From Pseudovirgaria hyperparasitica (Eukaryota), in NCBI GenBank assembly GCA_010093815.1, contig ML996565.1: a DNA stretch of 64,000 nt, one strand, 5' to 3'. The position numbers and the translations under genes are program-made. Under the pieces are notes generated by a model. The model was given only the letters and a program-made list of their open reading frames with translations. It was not told the DNA's origin and did no database searches. Within the stretch, counting starts at the first letter, position 1. Each line of letters opens with the position of its first letter. Shown piece after piece: positions 12,635 to 26,473 of the stretch.

Positions 12635-13318
12635 ATTAAGTGGTAGAAGCTGTAGCTCTCTCTCTCTGTGGTGGAGAGCAAAGCATATTCTGCAATAAAT
12701 ATAAATGGACACGCCCCCCCCCGCATGTTCTCCTACGATTCCCGTAGCTTTCCTCCATGTGTTTCGTTGTGCTCGCTCATATCAAGGGACTGTCTCTCTC
12801 TCGTGTTTCTTGAATTTGTCTCTCCAGCTAACTACCAAACTATGCAAGTGCCGTCCTTGTTGTCGGTGACATGGGTGCGAGGCTGTGTCGATGACACTCC
12901 CCTTATTCCATAGCACGATCCTTCTCCTTATGTATTCTAGTATCATGTATTTTCTTGACCACCTCCATTAATCATGCATACAGGCCAGACAGATGGCTCG
13001 AGTGGTACCGAAGGTGCGTCTCTATGGAATCAGGTCGGCAAGGCGGGCAGACAGGCAGTATTATTATGTACTGTTGTTTTAGTTTTGTGTAATCCAATGG
13101 GCTTTTTGAGGTTTGGCTGGGGGTATAATTTTATGTTCATTATGCTGCATATGCAATCCGTGGTTTTTGAGATCCGGACAGGACCGTTTACACCTGGCTA
13201 GATAGATCGTGCCACAGTACCTGTGAACGATATGACTTTGCCAGAAAAAATATAGATAAAAAATGAGCCTGCCGTATCGTCGTTTGTGATGCTTATATGA
13301 AATGATCCCCACTGCTGC

Positions 13319-16300
13319 TCACGCCAGGGAGTATGCCGTACTCCTCTCCGTCTGCGCCCTTGCCATCCCGCTCGACCGTCTCCGCCGGAACCCGTAGCTT
13401 GCAATCGGTCTCCTCTGCGTCAGTCTCCGATTCTTCGACCATGACGACAGGGACAAATCAAGCGCCCTTTCCGGGCGTCCCGAAAGCGTGCGATGGAGGC
13501 GACGGATCAGGGCGCTTATTCTGTCGCCTTTGTATGCCAGGCCGAGAGCAAGCAAGACGGTGAGGAGCGTGATAGGTACGGCGGTGGCCCAGAAGATGGT
13601 CTGCGACCAGGTGATGTCGCGGATGTCTGTGGTGTTCATGCCGAAGAAGGAGGTGACGAAGGAGAGGGGGAGGAAGATGATTGTGACGGTGGTGAAGCTG
13701 GTGGAAACGAGTATGTTTAGCACGACAGATATTGAGAGACATGATGAACGGGGGTGGACGTGACATACACAAAGATGGCTTTCCCGTGATCTGCTTCGTG
13801 GATCTCGATGTTCTGCTTTGCGGTATCGCCGAGACTGAGCAGTTTCTCTTTCATGGCGTCGAGTTCCTGGTCTTTGTCGATCATGGATGTTATACCGGCG
13901 GCTAATTGGGCTTCCTCGAGGGGAAAGAGACTGGCGCGTGTATAGGTGGTTACGGGAACGGATGCTGGGTCTAGTGCTTTAAGCATTTTCATGTACATGT
14001 CCTTCTGCCATGCATTGACAACCATGAGGATCTCAACTTCTTCGTGAACATACTGGATGTCTCGAAGCAGGCGCTTCCCGGGGTTGGAATGGACTTGGTA
14101 TTGCTGTCTTTGGCGTTAGCGATTCGACGTCTACAGATGATACTATGTATTGCAATGTAATCACTCACCAATCTGTCAGTGCAGTGCCAGTATATGTCCA
14201 CATCTTCGAGGTCGTCAATCAGTGGTCGGACCCTAAGTTGCTCAATCATAGCAGCTAGTATGTACTCTGGACCAACACTGGCCAGACTGACCGTGGCGAG
14301 AGACCCGGAGTGCGCCATGATAGAAAAGTCCCTCTCTGCCTCAGAAAGTGCTATATCAATTTCTGTGAGGATACCCTGAACCTTCCGTATTGGCACGTCG
14401 GTCAGATCGTCCACCGTGTGCCCGATGCCAACAAAGCCAGGACTGTACTGCCATTGCTGGAAATGATGCTGTACACGTTCTACATATTTGTGGACCTTCA
14501 AAAGCGATCTCAGTTCCAGCTCAAATACATAGACTAATGATGGCGGAAGTCCATACTTGGCGGACTTTGTCTTGTCGCTATCAGCGACTCCGTTCCTGAT
14601 GGCCTTGGCTCTTGCATAGAATCTTCGTCCGTGTTCCAGGAAAACCTGCAAGATCTTTGATATGGCGATTGTGGACAACTCTATTCGTAGCTGTTCTTCT
14701 GACCGAAGCCAGTTTCGGAGGGCATCTGGAGGAAGCATTGCAGTCTGTGCGCCGGCAGTAGGGACGAAATGCTGATACCATAGATGACGGAGGCCACTTC
14801 GCTCGTTGGCGTATATTCTTCCATTGGCACAGTCAGAGCACTCAGAGAGAGCTGGAGACGGCGCATTCAGTCCAAATTTCCCTAGAATCTCGGTTTCATT
14901 TTCGATGAAGCATACAATCCAGACTTCTCTTGCGGACTGGGCAGGCTCCTTGACATCGAGGATGCTGCAAAAATTACTTAGCAGACCCCAATACCTAGAC
15001 ATGACCTCGTGAATGTGGGACAGGGGTACGAAGAGACTAAAGAGATCTTTCGTTATATGCAGAAGATCCTTCTTCAGCAAAGCACGCTTCGCAGACTGAT
15101 TGCCTGTTATATTATTCTGTATCTTGGACGACGCCGCATCATCGTCTAGTATCATTGGCGAAATGTTCGAAGTCTCATTGGGTTGCTGATCGCCATTCGG
15201 TGCGTCCAGCGATGTTTCGGACCCTTGAACCAACAAATCGGTATGGGAGTCTTCAAATTGCTCGAGAGACATCAACTGGACATCGTTGAAGATTTTTGCT
15301 CCCCGTCCATTTGCACACAAACGTTCACGCACACCTTTCAGAACGTACTCTAGACTGTCAAACTTTCTTAATATAGCAGCTTCGGCTGACTCGTCATTGG
15401 GGTCAGCTACATCCCCTGGATATGTGGCCCATGTAAAGAATGGTGGAACCTTAACGTGTACGGACTCGGACTCGGCATTCTGGTGCCCTCCAGTTCGTTC
15501 ACGCAAGGAGGGTAAGGTAGGGGTCGCAACCTCTGTTTCTTCAAGCCAAGACGGATCCGCTGACTTGGGCTGCAATCTTGCTAGCTGTAACCGCAGCTCA
15601 GTTATGTCATCCTCTAGGGCCTGTGTTTCAGCTAAACTCGATGGGCCACTCTTTGAGTTTGAGCGCAGGTACTGGTCCTCCTGTAACCGAGCAAGATCTC
15701 CTTCGACTGTTTCAAGCTCACTTCGAACATCGTCCTTGTACGAACGTCGTGTATAGGCCGCAGAATTACGGATGCGTGGGCCCTGCGAAGCGGATACATA
15801 TGACCGTTCTTCGTATCCAGGTGGTGTTGGGGCCCGGGGTAATCGATGATTGGCGATGTTGGGACGAGCCGCTCGTGATCTAGATTGGCTGTGGACGTAG
15901 GGAGCGGCCACTCTGTGGTCCCCGTAGGATGAATAGGGGGGAGAGTCTGGGGATCGTGACCGGTAACGGCTTCTATGTGGCAAGCTATATACATCATCAT
16001 CGTAATATGGATAGTTATCTTGATACAGTGACCCGTAATGTCTTTTGGATGGTGATCGATACCAGTATTCGTTATGAAATGTATGGCCGTCTGGGTGTTT
16101 GTAATCTGTCGGGTCTGAAATAAATGGATTGTAGTCTGAAATGAATGTATTGACCGGACGACGACTGTCTGTGTGCGTTCTGCGTGTTCGGTCTATGTAC
16201 GACGGACCTGTATTACTGTAGCGATCGCTCAGGTCTGCACCGTGATATGTAGCACCATCATCCCAGTCAGTCGGTCCAGGCCTGGGACTGTTACGACGCC

Positions 16301-19300
16301 TGCGACCTCGTGGCAACTCGTCATCAGAATCATTGTATATCGTCACCCCTGGAGGCTCAGGGACTCGTGATAGCCGCCTTCTTGGACGGTCGCGGTCATG
16401 TTGGGTGCGGTCGGTGTCATACCTGGGCCTCTCTTCCTCCGAATGAAAGCTCTGCGACCGTTTGCTAGAGCCAGATGCTTGACTCGAGCTCATGATAGGA
16501 CGTGATTGTCGCTGTCTCCTACGACTCAGGTGTACATGATCCCTGTCATCTTCATCGGAGCTGAAGGAACCAATCGCTCGGCGATTGGGTCTCCGTCTTG
16601 ACAATACTCCAGATCTGGTTGTGGTCGACTCGTTTGATGAGAGTCCTTCATATTCGCCGTCCGAAATAGAACTTGAAGCTATTGAGGGGCTACTGTATAA
16701 TTCACGTACCCCATGGCGTAAGGGGTTGGTTCGACTGGTTCGGCCCCTGCGCTCGATACTAGATTCAGACGCAAAAGATTCTTGATCTTTGGAAGTGGCG
16801 ACCGTCGGCCCATAAGTACTGGCCGTGGTGGGAATCTCGAACAGAATAGGTTCTGATCCAAGGTTTTCCGTGTATATCCTTGCCTCATCAGAATCATCAT
16901 CGGAAACGTGTGCAGGGAGTGGTATCGTTTTCGGACGAACGACGGGTGAGGTCGAGGTAGATGATTGGACTGGGTTACTCCCAGTAGGATCCATGCTCTT
17001 TATCGCCCCATTAACCTGCGTTGTGGCCTGATCCTCTGGTTGGAGCTCATCTGGCTCTTCAAACATAGTTGAACTGGTATCCAGCACTCCTGTTTGTGGG
17101 TCGGAGGATGTGTAAGATTTAGGGACACTTGCCACATTCATCACCCAGTTGGCAGTCCAGTCACTACTATTGCTTGGTAATTCAGCCAGGCGAGAGGCCC
17201 GAAGGTCGCTAGGCTCTCCCATCTCGAAGGTCGCTTTCTCGTGGTCTGGCGACATATCTTGTGTATATAGAACAGTGTGAGTATCAAAGCGTACTCGCCC
17301 TGAATCTTGTTTCTTGACGTTCGATCGTCGATCGACTTTCGTGCCTGTCTTCAAGATGCCACCCGCCCTCACTGGACCTGTGCCATACGTTACATCTTCA
17401 TACTCCTTGGTCGGACGAGGTTCGCTATGACTCCTTTTGGCATGTTGAGGTAGACCATCAACAAGGATGAGAGGAGGTCTCCTGGGCTCTGCGCCCAACA
17501 GCTCTATGTGACCGTCGGATGCTATTTCCCAAATGCGATTCTCTATGGGACCCACAGTACTGGGATCTGATTGTTCAGTGGAAATGTCGTGTTCCACGTC
17601 GCTTGCATCGACCCCGGTGTGCATAGCTCCTTTTGGCGTGGGAATGTGTTTTTCAGCCGAGCTACTGGGCGCATTCAGGACTGTGGAGCGCATCGGCTCA
17701 ACGATATCGTCTGCGCTGCCCAGGTCTGCTGCACGTATGTATACGAGGCTGGGAGATTTTGGACGGCTAGCCTGTATTCGTGTTTGGTCATTGATGAGTA
17801 TTCCCCTCAGACTTGTCTTTGCTTGTCTTGGCAAGACGACTTTAGCATCCATTTCAGTGACGTCCGAAACGCTACTTCTAGCAGCCTTGGCGTTAATACC
17901 TGGAGGGTTCAAAGATTCGTGACCCGCTGATGTCTGTCCGATCCTGGGTCGATAGCGGACTAGTGCAAGATTTCTGGGTGTGATCTCATACTTACCGCGT
18001 GGGTAGCGGCTGGAACGCCCTCTACTCACTGAGGGAGCCATACTTGCCATCGAGGACTGCAGACTTCGTGACGAGCTCTTCGGTGATTGTCTTGAGCGAC
18101 TAGAGGCCCGACTGCCATGCCACTGAATTGCATCCGCGCGCTGTGCAGCATTCTTATACGCGAGATCTGGTCGTGATCGTTTACGAGCGAGGACGAGAGA
18201 CATATGAAGATCCTGCTCGCCTTCGGATGGTTCTACCAGGGAGGAATGAGCATGATCTTCATCGCGCGGTAGGATGTCGACTTCGAGCATGGCCCCTTTA
18301 TGTGTCTGGATGAGCTCTAGCCAGCGAGAACTAGTAAAGGCCGTGCCATCTCCAAAACATATATCACACTCGTCGAGAGATATGCCAGCACTAGCTAGGC
18401 ATTTTGAAACGAGTAGATGCTCTATGTCCTAGGTGCAATCAGTATTTGTCAAGCTTTGAAGCTACGCGACTTACGAAAAAGGTTGGTCTTGGCCGCAATG
18501 GCACCGAGTGTAGACGCTGTAAAGGGTCTTTGATCCGAAGCACGGTAGGACCTCCTCCAGCATATTCACCAGTAATCCTAACCAGTCGATTTCCGAGGAT
18601 TTCATTGACTGAATCTGGCGAGCAGGTGATCAAGAACTCTATGTCGTAATTAGCGTCTGTATTCATATTGGGCGATGCGTTCTAAATGTACCAGAGCCTA
18701 GCAGTAGGGACCACAACTGAGGCACGTGTATGATCTTGTGACCAGCGTTACTGAAGAACTTTCCCAGTGCTTGCTTTCTGTCACGCTCACAAGTTGACTC
18801 GTACTGGTAGAATGCCTCTAGTAGAGTACGCATTCGATGCCTGCGATCTTGGTGACGCTTCACCGGAGAAGCAGCGGAAGTAGAGAGATATGGGAAAGAA
18901 GAGAAGGTCGCAGATGTAGATTCTGACGCAATTTGATCAGCATGCTGTAGTCTGAACTGCTTTACAGTCCCTGGTTCCACCTGTAGCGAGTTGCCAGACT
19001 TGATCAGGCTGTTTTCACGAATGTGGTCAAAAAGCGCGATGCAAAGATCCAGCAAGTCCCCTGAGATACCGGGAGAATTGAGAGCGAACTTTTCAAACTC
19101 TTCAAGGTCCATCGGGTTACTCTGCATGTGTCTGTGTGGATTAGTTGAGACAAGGGACTGTCGAGACTGCTATACTCACAACCAGCGAAACTGTGGATTC
19201 CCTGATAGTAAAGGCTCCGGCGTTTCCGAAAGACAGTGCAGTTCAACGGTGTGGGCCCGGTTAAGGTCGATGATACGCTTTGAGACGAGAACATTCGTCG

Positions 19301-19667
19301 CCTCTTGAACGCCCGACTCAGTCTCGTTTCTGGCCTTTGGCCAGCAACATCCCTCTGTGGAATAGCTTCGGATTCCATAAGGGCTCTTTGCGACTTCGAA
19401 AAAGATTCGCTGTTTGCTGCTGATGTTGAGAGGGTCCGGCTTGAGCCGCGAGAGACGTCTTTTGGGCCCTAGATCTGACTTGTACTCGATTCCGTTGACT
19501 CGTGGATTAGTCCTGGATGAGGGCTCATATGCTTGAGGACGTGGTTGATATGCGGCACCATTGTTCGACCATGACTGGGAGTGGTCATCAAAGTTGGTGG
19601 TGATTGATGAAGCACTTCTAGACAGAGGCGTAGACGAGGCTGGCGACATGGCAACCTTCCGGGCCAT
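13319..19667 (-). CDS. Very large (~2000 aa) fungal protein with a C-terminal CorA-like Mg2+ transporter domain
   Basis: ORFs 19176-19667, 18663-19127, 18439-18666, 13989-18290, 13717-14025 and 13319-13723 are joined by short GT-AG introns (e.g. 19179-19132, 13768-13698). The spliced end reads KAIFVFTTVTIIFLPLSFVTSFFGMN (GMN signature) plus a second TM helix. Confidence 0.8.
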
Positions 19668-20305
19668 TACATCTTATGGGTGGTTCTTGACCCGTATTTG
19701 GTATTTGGTTCAGCAGAGAAATCCTATATCGCCAGTGGCAAGAGTGCAGCCTAGCTCTGCGCGTGAGTTACGGCGCAGGCCTGGTAGGAAAGCTGCTGAC
19801 GAACACCGAACGAACGGCGTGGCAGTGCTGAGTTCATGTCATCTCAATCGAAAAGAAGCTGAGGCTGAAAATGTGATGAAATAGGACCCATGCCATGCAG
19901 TGCGGCGCTTCAGCCTGCTCATGGGACATGATGGATCTGAGCTGACAAAGTCCATAGCCTGATGATCCTCAGCCAAGTCCATGATCATTATCGAGATGGG
20001 TGTTCGAGAACATCCTGTCTCACAGCAGTGGTAAGCGCCGCACTGGGATCTGGAGTCGCTTTTCCGAGGGACTTGGCCAGAGGCACTTGGCCATATCAGA
20101 TACCAGAAGGGTCCGTTAGAGCGGCGACATGTATGCCTGAGGCACCAGCGACTTGGGGGTGCGGCCTCAGACTTTTCCTTGCGGACACGCGAATTACCGA
20201 CTGCCAAGCCGCTGACACATCAAGATGACACTGTAACATGCCAACCACCCTTCGACTCACTCCGTAGATTTATCTCCATCCACAACGCACAAGACAGTCT
20301 CCGTC

Positions 20306-20977
20306 ATGGCCCTCCAGTTCTTGGACGAAGTGAACCGGCGTCTTCATCGACCGCAGCAGCGGAAGAGTCGTCTCGCCCCGTACTTTGACGCCCACTACGA
20401 GTTTCAGACGCTCTACAAGTCGCCATCCGCCTCCCGGTCCCCGTCACCGGAACTGAGCCGGACCCCGCGATCAACGTGGTCAGCGGGCATCTCTCGAAAG
20501 CGATCATGGTCGTCGGTGGAGAGCGTTAGCGAAGCATCGTCTACGAGTCTGGACGTGAAGAGGCGGCGGATCAACCCAACGACGCGCAAACAACACCTGC
20601 CCACCTCGCGTTACATGAGGCATGTCAATAAGCATACAAGCCTTCAGCATACTGGTGAGTCTTTCGAAGTCGTGACGGAGCCCGCAGCTAAGTGTTTTAC
20701 AGGTGATCGAGCCTTGCGGTCTTGTCTGCCGAGCAGTACTCGTCGGGAAAAGACTGGTCGATCCGTCATTTCCACCCCGCGATACCTCAAACGGTCTCAA
20801 CATTCCTCACTCGAGGATACCCGGCTTGGCAAACTTCGAATGCCCACGAAGGTGACCAAAAAGGCGAAAAAGAAGAGCACCGATCATGGTAGCCTGCGGA
20901 GCAACGTCCGCTATTCTCTCCGCCATATGCCTGCACGGCTGAACAAGGCCGTCTGGCGTGCTCTGGACGCTACTTGA
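20306..20977 (+). CDS. Hypothetical basic Ser/Arg-rich protein (223 aa)
   Basis: ATG-initiated intronless ORF divergent from the CorA-like gene, with NLS-like VKRRR and KKAKKK. No recognised domain. Confidence 0.5.
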   Translation: MALQFLDEVNRRLHRPQQRKSRLAPYFDAHYEFQTLYKSPSASRSPSPELSRTPRSTWSAGISRKRSWSSVESVSEASSTSLDVKRRRINPTTRKQHLPTSRYMRHVNKHTSLQHTGESFEVVTEPAAKCFTGDRALRSCLPSSTRREKTGRSVISTPRYLKRSQHSSLEDTRLGKLRMPTKVTKKAKKKSTDHGSLRSNVRYSLRHMPARLNKAVWRALDAT

Positions 20978-21914
20978 AGTTTGGGGTGTATGGGTTTAAT
21001 CATTTCATAAGATGTCCTAAGGCGGTGGGCGTGCCTTGGCCTTGCCAGATGCTTCGGACAGAAACACGACCGGGTCGGATAAAGGCTCTACTCGGCCGCA
21101 CATGCGTGGGGATTTCGCTACGGCAGCAGGCAAACTGCTCAAGCGTGCTGCATGCCAGTTGCCCGGAATCAGGAATCATAAACAATTCGCGCAGACCAGA
21201 CCGCTCTGCCGACGAACGCAAGCTGTCTGGTCATTCCACCCTGAAGGTTTACAAAACAACAACTCAGCCGTTTCTGTGACAAGCCAAACGATGCGACCAA
21301 AAGAAACCCAACACAACAAAAGCTACACATACACCAATATGTGCAAGCTAGTCGCAGAGGTACAGGTCTTCAACGCATCAGACGGTATAGTAGAAAGGAC
21401 GAAGGACACAGGTCACATAGGGCGGGCGGGTACAAAGGACGAGACTCGTCTTGGCTTATAGTAGTATAAACCCTCGAAATATCACTACTTCAAGCACCCC
21501 GAATTAAACCATATACAACCGTTCATGCTGCAGTCGTAATAACTAGCCCCGCAGTCAAAACCCTACCCAAGTGAGTTTGTGCTCGGATACGAGGTCTCGC
21601 ATGCACATTCATATACATATACATACATCTACACAAAACCCACGTCCTGAATCCGACATCTCGCCACACGCATTCTTCCTAAATCTTGCCAGCGCCGCCA
21701 AAGCCACCATTCTACACGCATCTGCTCGTTACCCTATTACTAGCGTCACATGCGTGTGTCGTAGTGGGCCCGTTTGTCGTTCCATCCGTCCATTAGTTCT
21801 TCTAGCGCAAGCATCCCTTCTACGTCGTCGTGATGGATTCTGCAATAATGGTCGTAATGCTAGCTGTAGAGTTGCGTAGTACTATCTTCACTATGATTTT
21901 GATTTTGATTATGT

Positions 21915-21953
21915 TTATGCTTATGCTTATGCTTATGCTTATGCTTATGCTTA
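21915..21953. repeat. (TTATGC)6 microsatellite
   Basis: Six perfect copies read directly. Confidence 0.95.
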
Positions 21954-22151
21954 GGAGGACAGGATAGGATAGGAGAGGAGAGAAGGACGATGGCTCATCC
22001 GTAGCATGGGTGTCTGTGTATATCCATCCACCCCAAACGAACAACCACAACAACAAACCAGTCCCTCATCCCAATCACTGAGTATCAAAGATAAAATCCC
22101 ACCCTGCTAACCCTCCCAAATCCCACGCCCTAAAAACAGCAAGCCACCCCA

Positions 22152-23708
<1,557 letters not shown>

Positions 23709-23883
23709 CTAGCAGTCCGCCCCGCTTCCAACTTCCAACCCACAACCCACCCCTACCATCGCAAACACACGTCCCCCCCCCAAAAAAAAACAATCGTCAC
23801 GAGTGAGTGAGTGAGTGAGTGAGTGCTGCTGAATTTCCTTTTGCGGCGTGTTTGGGCTGAGGGACTGTTGCGCGCGCACGCAG

Positions 23884-23934
23884 GTCAGGACCGAACGCAC
23901 GTCAGGACCGAACACACGTCAGGACCGAACACGC
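23884..23934. repeat. 17-bp tandem repeat x3 (GTCAGGACCGAAC(G/A)CAC)
   Basis: Units start at 23884, 23901 and 23918. Confidence 0.92.
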
Positions 23935-24319
23935 CGCAGCAGACATGGTATACGAGATAGTGCCAGAAGAAGAGAAATACGCGACGCGGGTATATATACA
24001 TACACACACACACATAACCACAAAGTACATGACCACATATACACAACCACACACACACAACCACTCAACCCCTTCGTACACCCCCGTATACACCCCCGTA
24101 TACACCCCGTACGCCCCATAGATCCCAGAGTCAGGTGTTTGGTATATCCATCCATCCATCCATCCATCCATCCAACAAACACCACACAACTCTCAACAAA
24201 ACACGGGGTACTCTCCCTCCTGAGTCTTGATCCGAGCCCGCCCAGCGCAGTCCAATCCGCCCAGTCCAGAAGTCTAGACGTCCCCTCAAAAGGCCACACT
24301 ACAAATCAAACCACGCAAT

Positions 24320-24356
24320 CCAACCCAACCCAACCCAACCCAACCCAACCCAACCC
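24320..24356. repeat. (CCAAC)n pentanucleotide microsatellite in the kinase 3' region
   Basis: About seven copies. (CATC)n at ~24148-24173 lies nearby. Confidence 0.9.
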
Positions 24357-24364
24357 ATCCTATC

Positions 24365-26308
24365 CTAATCCTCCGAAACACCACGCTGACTCCTGCGCTT
24401 CTTCTTCGGCGGTTGCGGTAGGGGCTGCGGCTGTGGCTGTGGGTGCGGAGGGAGTGGGAGTGGGAGTGCAGACTCCGGCTGCGTGTCTCCTTGTCCTCCA
24501 TCTTGCTTCTCTACTGCAGGCGACCGTGTCACCTCCTCTTCCTCCTCTGCACCCTCCGCACTCACGGCACCCTCCGCACCCACCACCGCCGCCTCCTCCC
24601 CAACATCCCCCAACGCACCCAGAATGCGATCCCGGGCCTCCCGCGCCGTCATGCGCGCCCGGGGATCCACACGCAGCATCGCCCTGCAACACGCCGCCGC
24701 AACATCATCGTCATCGTCATCACCACCAACACCACTCCCACCACGCCCATCAAGCCCAATCCCACCACTCCCAACCCCACCACCATCACCCCCCTCCCTC
24801 CTCCACTCCCAAAACACCCTCAGCCCCTCCCCAGGCCACACCCTCCGCACAACCCTCGGCCCCCCCAACACCTCCACGCCCACCAGCCCACAAGCCCAAT
24901 AATCCACCTCGGCACCATGGAACCCGCCCTCGACCTCCTCAGGCGCAAGATACGGCACGGTGCCCGGCCAATCATACAGAATCCGCTTCTCCGCGGCCAC
25001 GGCGCAGCCGAAATCCGCGAGCATGGCGGCAGGCGGATCATAGCTGCGCACGAGCACATTATCGGGCTTGACGTCGCGGTGGGCGATGCCGTTGTCGTGG
25101 AGGAAGGCGACGGCGTCGAGGAGCTGGGCGAGGAAGACGGTGCGGGTGCGGGCGGGCACGGCGGCGGAGGCGTAGAGGGAGCGGAAGGTGGCGGTGAGTA
25201 AGGGGGAGAGGATGATGTAGTCGTCTGTGATGGAGCCGTGGGCATCGGGGCACCAGGAGGCGTCGAGGAGGGCGCGGATGCGGGCGATTTCGGCGCGGGA
25301 GCGGGACTTGTGGTGGCGGATTTCAAAGGGGGAGGCGAGGTGTGGGTGAGCGAGGGCGGAGATGCGGGTGGCCATTGCGATTTCGCGGTCGACGGCGGGG
25401 CGGTTGCGTGCGGATTTGAGGATCTGTTTTGCGGCGGCCGGGTGGCCGGTGCGGGCGTGGGTGACCATGTAGACGATGCCGAAGGTGCCGCGGGAGATGG
25501 TGTAGGAGACGCGCCAGTCGCCGAAGGTGGCGTCGTTTTCGCTCGGGGTTGGGGTGACGATGGGGTGATCGTCGGCGGCGTGGAAGCGGGCGAGGAAGGC
25601 TTGGAGTTCGACTTGGAATTGTTCTTCTTCGTCGGGTGGGCGCTGGACGTGCTCGAGGGTGAAGACGCATTCGCCGATCATGAGGGCGTTTTGGAAGGGG
25701 ATGGTGCGGCGGTCGGCGCTGAACATTTCGCCGTTCAGCATCACCTTCTTGCCGCGCTTGTTGTCTGCGATGAGGAAGAAGCCGCCGGCGCCCTTGACCC
25801 AGTTGAGGCGGGCGTGCACGCCGGCGACGTTGTCGGTGCGACTGGGCGTCAGGAGCAGGTCGACGCCGAGGTTGGGCAGGTTGCGCCGGCCCTTGCCAAT
25901 CACCCAGCCGACGTGTGGGAAGCGCGGGAGCTGGCTGAGGGAGAGCTCGTAGCAGGGCGTGACGGCGCCGTCGAAGGTCGTCGTGCCGATGAACTGCTGG
26001 TGGTAGGAGGCGACTTCGGATTCCGGGAGTTCAAGGGTGGCCTGGAGGGCACCGCGCGCCGCCGCGTTGAGCGGGATCAGCCGGGCGAACGTGTACGAGG
26101 AGAGTTGTTGTTGTTGTTGTTCATCGGCCTCGCCATCGCCGTCGCCGTCGCCCTCGGACTGCGGCGTGTTTGGCTCCGTCGTGCTCCCGCTCTCAATCGC
26201 AGCCGGCGCAGGCGACGTCGGAGGAGGACTAGCCGGCGCAGTCTGCAGTGGTACCGGCGGCAAAGCAGGAGAAGCAGCAGCAGCAGCAGCAGCAGAAGAT
26301 TTCGACAT
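24365..26308 (-). CDS. Ser/Thr protein kinase with N-terminal FHA-like domain (647 aa, intronless)
   Basis: FHA-like GWVIGKGRR...VAGVHARL...MLNGE. Kinase motifs are ISRGTFGIV, AAAK, HRDVKPDN, ADFG, GTVPYLAPE, VDYWACG and DPRARMTA. Confidence 0.9.
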   Translation of the reverse strand: MSKSSAAAAAAASPALPPVPLQTAPASPPPTSPAPAAIESGSTTEPNTPQSEGDGDGDGEADEQQQQQLSSYTFARLIPLNAAARGALQATLELPESEVASYHQQFIGTTTFDGAVTPCYELSLSQLPRFPHVGWVIGKGRRNLPNLGVDLLLTPSRTDNVAGVHARLNWVKGAGGFFLIADNKRGKKVMLNGEMFSADRRTIPFQNALMIGECVFTLEHVQRPPDEEEQFQVELQAFLARFHAADDHPIVTPTPSENDATFGDWRVSYTISRGTFGIVYMVTHARTGHPAAAKQILKSARNRPAVDREIAMATRISALAHPHLASPFEIRHHKSRSRAEIARIRALLDASWCPDAHGSITDDYIILSPLLTATFRSLYASAAVPARTRTVFLAQLLDAVAFLHDNGIAHRDVKPDNVLVRSYDPPAAMLADFGCAVAAEKRILYDWPGTVPYLAPEEVEGGFHGAEVDYWACGLVGVEVLGGPRVVRRVWPGEGLRVFWEWRREGGDGGGVGSGGIGLDGRGGSGVGGDDDDDDVAAACCRAMLRVDPRARMTAREARDRILGALGDVGEEAAVVGAEGAVSAEGAEEEEEVTRSPAVEKQDGGQGDTQPESALPLPLPPHPQPQPQPLPQPPKKKRRSQRGVSED

Positions 26309-26413
26309 GCTGCAGCAGGTAATACCGAGGTCGTCGACGCGAAATACTATATAGTACGAGTCAGATATCGCAGCATAAAATGAACATCCAACGGCCTAGA
26401 CGCAAGCCATGAA

Positions 26414-26473
26414 TAAGTAGCAAGTAGCAAGTAGCAAGTAGTAAGTAGCAAGTAAGTAGCAAGTAAGTAGCAA
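26414..26473. repeat. Imperfect (AAGTAGC)n tandem repeat upstream of the kinase
   Basis: Read directly. Confidence 0.9.

Noticed and set aside
23884..23934. 17-bp repeats as a CRISPR-like array
   Set aside because: Head-to-tail units without unique spacers, eukaryotic context and no cas genes.
23848..26383. Long + strand ORFs (407, 252 and 381 aa) antisense to the kinase
   Set aside because: Low-complexity translations, expected shadows of a very GC-rich coding strand.
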